The notes under the pieces were generated by a model that did not search any database, was not told where the DNA came from, and saw only the letters and a list, made by a program, of their open reading frames with translations. The translations under genes and the position numbers were made by a program. A stretch of 42,303 bases of DNA from Actinomycetes bacterium. GTDB taxonomy: Bacteria > Actinomycetota > UBA4738 > HRBIN12. Positions 18,704-25,517 of this stretch are shown here, in pieces (within the stretch, counting starts at the first letter, position 1; each line of letters starts with the position of its first letter). The DNA lies in NCBI GenBank assembly GCA_031369745.1, contig JANMPG010000232.1:1-42303 (forward strand). The letters run 5' to 3'.

Positions 18704-19074
18704 CGGGTGCTCCCGGTGGCAGGCTGCATGCGCGCGATCAGCTCGCGCGCAGCGACCACGTGGTAGGCCGGCAGCTCGAGCGCGCGAGCCACCGCGGCCA
18801 CACCCTGGGCGCGGAGATCCGCCGGTGACTTCGCGTCAACAAGCGGCGGCGCCTCGAGCACGAAGAACCCGACCAGCTCCAGGAACTGGGCCAACGACGG
18901 CGACATCGCGCCTCTCTCGTACTGGTAGATGGTTTGCCGCGAGGCCGGGCAGCCCTTCGTGTCGGCCGCCGACTCCACCGAACGGTAGCCGGCAGCGCGG
19001 CGAAGATCGCGCAACATCCCGCCGATCGATGCGCGGTCCTTCGGCGCGATCGGCGGTTTCTTGGTCCGAGCCAT
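18700..19074 (-). CDS. XRE-type helix-turn-helix protein
   Basis: IGGMLRDLRRAAG...SRQTIYQYERGAMSPSL; 4-nt overlap with the mce start. Confidence 0.75.
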   Translation of the reverse strand: MARTKKPPIAPKDRASIGGMLRDLRRAAGYRSVESAADTKGCPASRQTIYQYERGAMSPSLAQFLELVGFFVLEAPPLVDAKSPADLRAQGVAAVARALELPAYHVVAARELIARMQPATGSTR

Positions 19075-19281
19075 GAGATGCGGAGCCTACCGCAGGGCTC
19101 CATCACACCGGCAGATACAGGGAAACGCCCTGGGGCCCAAGCGATCACGGCCCCGTCGCTCGACCCCGGCCGTTCGCCCAGCGCGCACCCGTCGGATGGC
19201 GGATGCACGGGTGAGGGCGTCCGATGTAGCGTGGCCACTCCGAACCACCCGCAGCATCGGCCGAACGCTCGAGGAGTGCAC

Positions 19282-21105
19282 GTGCGCGACAAGCAACCAG
19301 CCAGTCACACCCTGTTGCTTGAGGGGTCACAGCTGGTGCGCCGGGGTCGCGCCGACGTCTTCCGTCAGCGCGAACACACCCGGATGAAGAAGATCATCAA
19401 GACGATCGTGATCGTCGGACTGATCGACGTCGGGCTCTACCGTTTGTGGGCATCCGGCTTCCATCTCGGGTTGCCGAAGTTCGGCCCGGAGGCGATCTTC
19501 TTCTTCCCGCCGATGGTGATGTTGATCGCGATCATCGGCATGCCCTTGGTCATGTTGCTGAACGGCCGCTCGCCGCACATCACGGTCTACCCCGAGCAGG
19601 TCGAGATCGGTCTCACCGACATCAAGGGGCTCGACCAACAGGTCGACGAGGTGATCCGCTCGATCGACGCGTTCCTCGGTTACGCGACGTTCAAAGAAGA
19701 ACTGGGCGGGACGCCCCGACGAGGCATCCTGTTCGAAGGTCCACCCGGAACCGGCAAGACGTTCCTCGCAAAGGCCATGGCCAAGCAGGCGGGCGTGCCG
19801 TTCCTGTTCATCCCGGCACCGGCGTTTCAGTCCATGTGGCAGGGCATGTCGGCGTTCCGGATCCGTTCGTTCTTCCGCAAGCTCCGGAAGGCGGCGCGCA
19901 AGGAAGGGGGCGCGATCGGCTTCATCGAGGAGATCGACGCGGTGGCGTCGGCCCGAGGGGGCGTGTCGGAGTCGGCGCCGGCGCCGACGAACCTGGCCCG
20001 CACCACGTCGGCGTTCCTCGGCGGCGGCGACTCGGGCAACATGGTCAACGAACTGCTGATCCAGATGCAGTCGTTCGATCAGCCGCCGCTCGGGCGTCGG
20101 ATCAAGGCCAAGATCAAGTCGTGGATCAACGGCTATCTGCCACCCAACTGGCAGATGACGCCGATGACCTCGCAGTACTCCAACGTCTTGCTAATCGCGG
20201 CGACGAACCGCGGCGACTCGCTCGATCCGGCCTTACTGCGGCCGGGGCGCTTCGATCGCCGCCTGTACTTCGACATGCCGACGCGCGCGGAGCGCCGTGA
20301 CCTGATCGACTTCTTCATGGAGCGCAAGGCCCACGAGCCGTCGCTTGACCGCGACGACGATCGCGAGCGCATCGCCGCGGAGACCTTCGCGTACACGCCG
20401 GTGATGATCGAGCATCTCTTCGATGAGGCCCTGTTGCTGTCGCTGCGCGATGGGCGCCGCGAGATGAGCCTGCACGACGTCATGGAGGCGAAGTTCAACG
20501 AAGAGGTCGGCTTGAAGCAAACGACCGCCTACACCGACTTCGACCGGGAGGCAGTCGCGACGCACGAGGCCGGGCACGCCACCCTCGCCTACATCGTGGG
20601 CAAGGGGCGCCGCCTCGAGGTGTTGTCGATCATCAAGCGACGCGGCTCGCTCGGCATGCTCGCCCACAGCGATGAGGAGGAGCGCCTGACGCGAACGAAG
20701 TCCGAGATCGAAAACGGCATCGCGATCGCGCTCGGCGGACTGGCCGCCGAGGAGATGTTCATGGGCGAGTCCGGCACGGGGCCCGGCGCGGACCTGGCGC
20801 ACGCCACGGGGCTCGCCGCGCAGATGGTCGGCTCGTTCGGCATGGCCGGCTCGCTGATCAGCTACGAGGCCGTGGCCGATGGCCCGCTGTCGCGTTCCAA
20901 CCTCGTCGGCAAGATCTTAGCCAACACCGAAACGAAGCAGAAGCTCGAGGACATCCTCGAGGCGCAGCGCGACCGCGTCGAGGCGGTGCTCGCCGAGAAC
21001 CGCGACGTGCACGCGGCATTGGTCGCGGCGCTGTTGGATCGAGACGAGCTCGTGCGCGAGGAGATCCTCGAGGTCATCGAAAAGGCCATCGCCAACCGAC
21101 CGTAG
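19282..21105 (+). CDS. FtsH-like membrane AAA+ ATPase/M41 zinc metalloprotease (atypical paralogue)
   Basis: GAGGAG RBS at 19271 before GTG 19282 (alternative ATG 19384). Hydrophobic N-terminal segments, GPPGTGKT, FIEEID, NRGDSLDPALLRPGRFDR, HEAGH and LGGLAAEE. Confidence 0.85.
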   Translation: MRDKQPASHTLLLEGSQLVRRGRADVFRQREHTRMKKIIKTIVIVGLIDVGLYRLWASGFHLGLPKFGPEAIFFFPPMVMLIAIIGMPLVMLLNGRSPHITVYPEQVEIGLTDIKGLDQQVDEVIRSIDAFLGYATFKEELGGTPRRGILFEGPPGTGKTFLAKAMAKQAGVPFLFIPAPAFQSMWQGMSAFRIRSFFRKLRKAARKEGGAIGFIEEIDAVASARGGVSESAPAPTNLARTTSAFLGGGDSGNMVNELLIQMQSFDQPPLGRRIKAKIKSWINGYLPPNWQMTPMTSQYSNVLLIAATNRGDSLDPALLRPGRFDRRLYFDMPTRAERRDLIDFFMERKAHEPSLDRDDDRERIAAETFAYTPVMIEHLFDEALLLSLRDGRREMSLHDVMEAKFNEEVGLKQTTAYTDFDREAVATHEAGHATLAYIVGKGRRLEVLSIIKRRGSLGMLAHSDEEERLTRTKSEIENGIAIALGGLAAEEMFMGESGTGPGADLAHATGLAAQMVGSFGMAGSLISYEAVADGPLSRSNLVGKILANTETKQKLEDILEAQRDRVEAVLAENRDVHAALVAALLDRDELVREEILEVIEKAIANRP

Positions 21106-21138
21106 GGGCCGCACAGACCGCTTCGCGACCTCCGGCCG

Positions 21139-21153
21139 TAGACTTCCCGCATG
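21139..21153 (+). promoter_or_regulatory. Leaderless -10 promoter/start TAGACTTCCCGCATG of the thiolase
   Basis: TAGACT + 6 nt + ATG with no Shine-Dalgarno; identical to the pccB element. Confidence 0.55.
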
Positions 21154-22332
21154 ACCGCCTCCTACCTCGTGGCTGGGGCTCGCACGCCCATCGGACGCTT
21201 CCAGGGCGGGCTCGCCGACCTGCAGGCGGTGCAGCTCGGCGCGATCGCCATCCGCGACGCGATGACGCGGGCCGGTGTCGTGGGCGAACAGGTCGACTAC
21301 ACGATCATGGGCCACGTCCTGCAGGCGGGTCAGGGCCAGGGGACCGCGCGGCAGGCGGCGATCGCCGCCGGCATCCCGATCGACGTGCCCGCGATCACGA
21401 TCAACAAGGTGTGTCCGTCGGGGATGGCCGCGATCGCCATGGCCGATCAGATGATCCGCGCCGGCGAGATCGAGGTCGCGGTCGCCGGCGGCATGGAGTC
21501 GATGACGAACGCGCCGTTCGTGGTGCCGAAGGCTCGCGGGGGCCAGCGGCTCGGCCACTCACCGATGCTCGATGTGATGGTTCACGACGGCTTGTGGAGT
21601 GCCTTCGACGATCAGCACATGGGGGCCGGCACCGACGAGATGAACCGCGAATTCGGCGTAGATCGAGTTGTGCAGGATGCCTGGGCGGCCCGGTCGCACG
21701 CACGCGCGGCACGGGCGTGGGATGAGGGCCGGTTCGCCGACGAGGTCGTCGCGGTCACGGTTCCGCAGCGCAGGGGCGACCCAACGGTGGTCGATCGGGA
21801 CGAAGGTATCCGTGCCGACACCACCGCCGGGAAGCTGGCCTCGCTGTCGCCCGCCTTTTCCCCTGACGGCACGGTGACGGCGGGCAACGCCTCGCAGATC
21901 AGCGATGGCGCCTGCGCCGTGGTCGTCGCGAGCGAGGAAGCGGTCGAGCGGCTTGGCCTGTCACCGATCGCGCGGATCGAGGCATACGGCATGTCGGCGG
22001 ACCGGTTCCCCTCGTTGCACACCGTGCCGGCGCTCGCGCTCAACAAGGCGTTGAAGAAGATGGGCATCGACGCCTCGCAGCTCGGTGTGATCGAGATCAA
22101 CGAGGCGTTCGCCGGTGTCGCCGTGCACGCGACCCGGATGTTGGGTGTGGATGAGGCGGTCGTGAACCCCAACGGCGGAGCGGTCGCGTTGGGTCACCCG
22201 ATCGGGGCCAGTGGCGCGCGGATCGTCCTGACCACCGCGCTGGAGATGCAGCGACGCGGCATCGACCTCGGCGCGGCTGCGATCTGCGGTGGTGGCGGCC
22301 TTGGGGACGCGTTGATCGTGCGCCGCGCCTGA
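21151..22332 (+). CDS. Acetyl-CoA C-acetyltransferase (thiolase)
   Basis: RTPIG, TINKVCPSG, GGMESM, TAGNASQISDGA, NEAFA, GHPIGASG and AICGGGG. Confidence 0.95.
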   Translation: MTASYLVAGARTPIGRFQGGLADLQAVQLGAIAIRDAMTRAGVVGEQVDYTIMGHVLQAGQGQGTARQAAIAAGIPIDVPAITINKVCPSGMAAIAMADQMIRAGEIEVAVAGGMESMTNAPFVVPKARGGQRLGHSPMLDVMVHDGLWSAFDDQHMGAGTDEMNREFGVDRVVQDAWAARSHARAARAWDEGRFADEVVAVTVPQRRGDPTVVDRDEGIRADTTAGKLASLSPAFSPDGTVTAGNASQISDGACAVVVASEEAVERLGLSPIARIEAYGMSADRFPSLHTVPALALNKALKKMGIDASQLGVIEINEAFAGVAVHATRMLGVDEAVVNPNGGAVALGHPIGASGARIVLTTALEMQRRGIDLGAAAICGGGGLGDALIVRRA

Positions 22333-22338
22333 GGCCGT

Positions 22339-25300
22339 CTAGGACTTCGCGTCGCTCGGCAGGTGGGCCACCCGCCGCAACTCCGCGGCGAGGGTTTGAT
22401 GCGCAGCCTCGGCTTCCCACACGTCCTCGGGTTCGGTGTCGAGCTCTTCGACGGTGATCTGTAGGGCCGGCGACTCGACCGGCGCACCGGTGCCTGCACC
22501 GTCGGGAAGGAACACCCGGAAGGCACAGCCGCCGCTTTCGGTCGCTTCCGCCTTGACCGATCCCCCCTGCACCTCGGCGAATCGGCGCACGACCGCTGAG
22601 ATCGCAGACTCCGATGGGCTGCCGGGGTCCTCGACAGAGAGCATCGCACCGCCGTCAACGTGCTGCAGACGCACGACGATCGTCTTGCCGTTCTGCGTGC
22701 GCTCCGCCGACATCCGCAGCAGGCCCGTGATGATCTGCTCCGTGCGCTGGGCGTCGATCTTGAGCTTCAACGGGTCGGCCACGATCCGGATGTCGTTGTC
22801 GCCATCAGCACCGGACTCCTCTACGACACGATTCACGAGCGCTTCCATGTCGGTGCGCTTGATGGTGAGCTCGACCGTGCCGTTGGCGAGGCGGTCTGCG
22901 TCGATCAGATCCGCGACCGTGTGGTCCAACCGGCGCGTGTGTGTCGCAAGCTGCTTCATGAGCTGGGCCTGATCCTTCGCATCCTTCTTGTGCTTGAGCA
23001 GCTTCGTGATGCCGTCGATCTTGGCCAGCGACTTCTTGGCGTCCATCGACAGTTCCTTCAGCAGTGGCGAGGATGCCCGTCGGTCGTCCAATGCCCCAGC
23101 ATCGATCGCGGCCGACGTCGCGGCCGAGATCTCACGCTGCGTGGCGGCATCCCGGGTGGCGGCGACGTCGTGCTCCCGCATCTCGCGCAGCGCCTCGGAC
23201 ATCTGGTGCGTGCGGATCTCGGCTTCGGCAAGGTCGGCGCGATCGGCCGCGGAGCTCAGGTCTGTCTCCAGGTCACGCACCCGATCCTCGGCGGAGATGA
23301 GTTTCTCCGTCTGGGCGGCGAGCCGCTCCTGGGTGACGCGCAGCAACTCGTCGATCTGTGAACGTCCCGGGTCGTCGGCCAGCTCGAGTTGCCGGCGAGC
23401 GTCGGAGTCCTGCAGGCGGCGATTCAGTTCCTGGTTGTCGGCCGCCGCGTCATCCAGCTGGCGGATCAGCTTGTCGAGGCGGTCTTGCAGCGCGTCGCGC
23501 TCGTGGGCGGCGATCGTCGCGGCCTGGTCGGCGCTCTCTGCACGCTGACGCTCCAGCTCGAGCTCGGCCCGCACATCTTCGACCGCGCCGTCGGTCCGCG
23601 AGATGTCGGCCTGGGCGCCGACCAGCGAGCGGCGGATGTCTTCGACCTCCTTGTGTGCCTGCGTCACGGCGGCCGAACGCTCCTTGATCTCGGCGCCGAG
23701 CGACTTGACCTGTTCGCGCGTGGCGAGAAGCTCGTCGTGCGCCTGGAGGAGGCGCTGCTCGCGGCTGGCGGCCTCGCCCCGTGCCGCCTCGACGTCCACG
23801 CGCGCGGCGTCGAGGTCGACCCGTACAGTCTCCAGTTCGGCGGCGGCCCGACGCGCGGTGGACTCCGCCTCGGTGATCCGCCCGGCGAGCTCGGCTTCGG
23901 TCTGCTTGACCTGCGCCTCATACGAGCTCTGCATGTCGGTGATCTGACGCTGGAACCCCTCGCGCGTCTCGCGCACCTTGTCTTCGAACTCGGACTCGCG
24001 CTCCACGAGGTCGGCGCGGAACGACGCCTCTTTGCTTGCAAGCTCGGCCTTTGTCGAGCGCAGTTCACCCTCCAACATCGCGGCGCGCTGTTCTTCGTTA
24101 CGCAGTGCGCGCAGCTCGATGCGTGCGTCGTCCAGCTCGCGGCGGGCGCGGTCCAACATCGTGCCCGCTGAGCTCAGGTCGTCCTTCGTGCGAAGCAGCT
24201 CGACGTGCGTTGCGTCGAGCTCGCCACGAAGCTCATCGTCGGATCCCTCCGGCGAGGTGCGCGGTGACAGCAGCGCCTCGGTCAGCTCTGCCCGGGATCG
24301 GTCCAGCTGCCGCAGGAGGTCCTCTTTCTCTCGCTCCAGCGAGGGAACGCGACTCGCGTCGGCGTCGACCGGCACGCGCAGCGCGTCTTGCAGCTGCTCG
24401 CCGAGCCGCGTCCGCTCGGTGCGAAGCGTGTCGAGTTGCTGCTCCAGCGTCTTGACCTGACCCTCGGCGCGCAGCGCGCGCTTCTCGATCGTCGGGTCGG
24501 GCGCGGTGGCGGTGTTCGGCTCGCGATCCAGCGCCCGCAGGCTTTGGAGTTCCTCCAGGGATTTGCGGTATTGGTCCTGCAGCAGCACGAGATGCTCCTC
24601 GGCCGCGGTCGCTCGATCTTCCGCTCGGCGACGGGCCTCGGCTTCTTCGCGCATACCCGGCTGCGAGGCGGCGGCGCGGACCGGCTGCTGGGCAACGGCA
24701 ACGGCGCGTGGCAGCTCGGCGGCACGCTCGGGGGAGTTGGCGACGACCGAGAGCAGTCGCGCGACCCCGAACACGGCCAGACCGAGCACGATCAGCATGG
24801 CGAACAGGAACACCGCGTTCGTGTTCCAAGGAGCTGCGGCCGTCGCGATCGGGGTATCGGGTCGCGTGAGCTGTACGACGGCGGGATCGCCCACGCCGGA
24901 GCGGAACACCAGCGGGAGCATGATCGAGATGTTGCCCTGGTAGTTGGTGATCTGCGGTGTGTCCTTCAGTGCCGCCTTGATCCGGTCGGACTCACCGGGC
25001 AGCTCGTTACCGATCCGCCCAACCTCCGTGGAGTACAGGATCGTGCCCTCGGGGGAGTACACCGTGATCTGGTCGAAATCGCTCGGGTCGACAACCACGC
25101 TTTGGATCTGCGTGGTCAGTTCCGCCGCGCGGACGGCGGCCACGGGCGCGGTCACGTCGCTTGGCTCGAACACGAGCGAGAGTGAGCTGTCGGCGATCGA
25201 GCGCGCCTGCGCCACGACCATGTCTTGTGCGTTGCGCTTGGCGCGCACGCCCATGAGCATCGATCCGACGATCCCGATGACGAGCAGTGCGCCCAGAACT

Positions 25301-25350
25301 CCCAGCAATGTCCGGGCGATGCGGCTGTACCCCTTCAACGAAGCGATCAT
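22339..25350 (-). CDS. Membrane-anchored long coiled-coil protein with degenerate histidine-kinase-like C-terminus
   Basis: TM, ~140-aa extracytoplasmic domain (ITVYSPEGTILYS, Cache-like), second TM, ~500-aa heptad-rich coiled coil, then HisKA-like and HATPase-like segments (DAQRTEQII, LSVEDPG, QGGSV, GGCAFRVFLP). Confidence 0.75.
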   Translation of the reverse strand: MIASLKGYSRIARTLLGVLGALLVIGIVGSMLMGVRAKRNAQDMVVAQARSIADSSLSLVFEPSDVTAPVAAVRAAELTTQIQSVVVDPSDFDQITVYSPEGTILYSTEVGRIGNELPGESDRIKAALKDTPQITNYQGNISIMLPLVFRSGVGDPAVVQLTRPDTPIATAAAPWNTNAVFLFAMLIVLGLAVFGVARLLSVVANSPERAAELPRAVAVAQQPVRAAASQPGMREEAEARRRAEDRATAAEEHLVLLQDQYRKSLEELQSLRALDREPNTATAPDPTIEKRALRAEGQVKTLEQQLDTLRTERTRLGEQLQDALRVPVDADASRVPSLEREKEDLLRQLDRSRAELTEALLSPRTSPEGSDDELRGELDATHVELLRTKDDLSSAGTMLDRARRELDDARIELRALRNEEQRAAMLEGELRSTKAELASKEASFRADLVERESEFEDKVRETREGFQRQITDMQSSYEAQVKQTEAELAGRITEAESTARRAAAELETVRVDLDAARVDVEAARGEAASREQRLLQAHDELLATREQVKSLGAEIKERSAAVTQAHKEVEDIRRSLVGAQADISRTDGAVEDVRAELELERQRAESADQAATIAAHERDALQDRLDKLIRQLDDAAADNQELNRRLQDSDARRQLELADDPGRSQIDELLRVTQERLAAQTEKLISAEDRVRDLETDLSSAADRADLAEAEIRTHQMSEALREMREHDVAATRDAATQREISAATSAAIDAGALDDRRASSPLLKELSMDAKKSLAKIDGITKLLKHKKDAKDQAQLMKQLATHTRRLDHTVADLIDADRLANGTVELTIKRTDMEALVNRVVEESGADGDNDIRIVADPLKLKIDAQRTEQIITGLLRMSAERTQNGKTIVVRLQHVDGGAMLSVEDPGSPSESAISAVVRRFAEVQGGSVKAEATESGGCAFRVFLPDGAGTGAPVESPALQITVEELDTEPEDVWEAEAAHQTLAAELRRVAHLPSDAKS

Positions 25351-25428
25351 CCTCGTGCCCCTCGCTCCACCCTGTCCGATCTCTCCCCGACCCCTCTCCG
25401 GTCAGTTTGAGCTGGTCTCCGTGAGTGG

Positions 25429-25456
25429 TTATCGGCAGGACGCCGCGAGAGCTTCA
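25429..25456 (-). promoter_or_regulatory. Sigma-28 (FliA/WhiG)-like promoter TGAAG-N15-GCCGATAA
   Basis: Minus strand reads TGAAG ctctcgcggcgtcct GCCGATAA, a perfect sigma-28 -10 with canonical spacing, ~80 nt upstream of ATG 25350. Confidence 0.6.
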
Positions 25457-25502
25457 GTGGTCGCAGGGCGTAGGGCGCTTGACCGACACGCGACACAAGG
25501 CG

Positions 25503-25517
25503 TCCCCCGGCGGGGGA
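25503..25517 (-). terminator. Short GC hairpin immediately after the sbcC stop
   Basis: TCCCCC-GGC-GGGGGA inverted repeat adjacent to the stop at 25518; no clear U-tract. Confidence 0.3.

Noticed and set aside
19075-19281. Structured ncRNA in the XRE/ftsH-like intergenic region (hairpins GGAGCC..GGCTCC, CAGGG..CCCTG, CACCCGT..ACGGGTG)
   Set aside because: Short stems are expected by chance at this GC content, and the region must also hold two divergent promoters; no known RNA motif recognised.
22339-25350. Second SMC/Rad50-like subunit belonging to the repair operon
   Set aside because: No Walker A/B, signature or hinge/hook motifs; it has TM helices and its own promoter.
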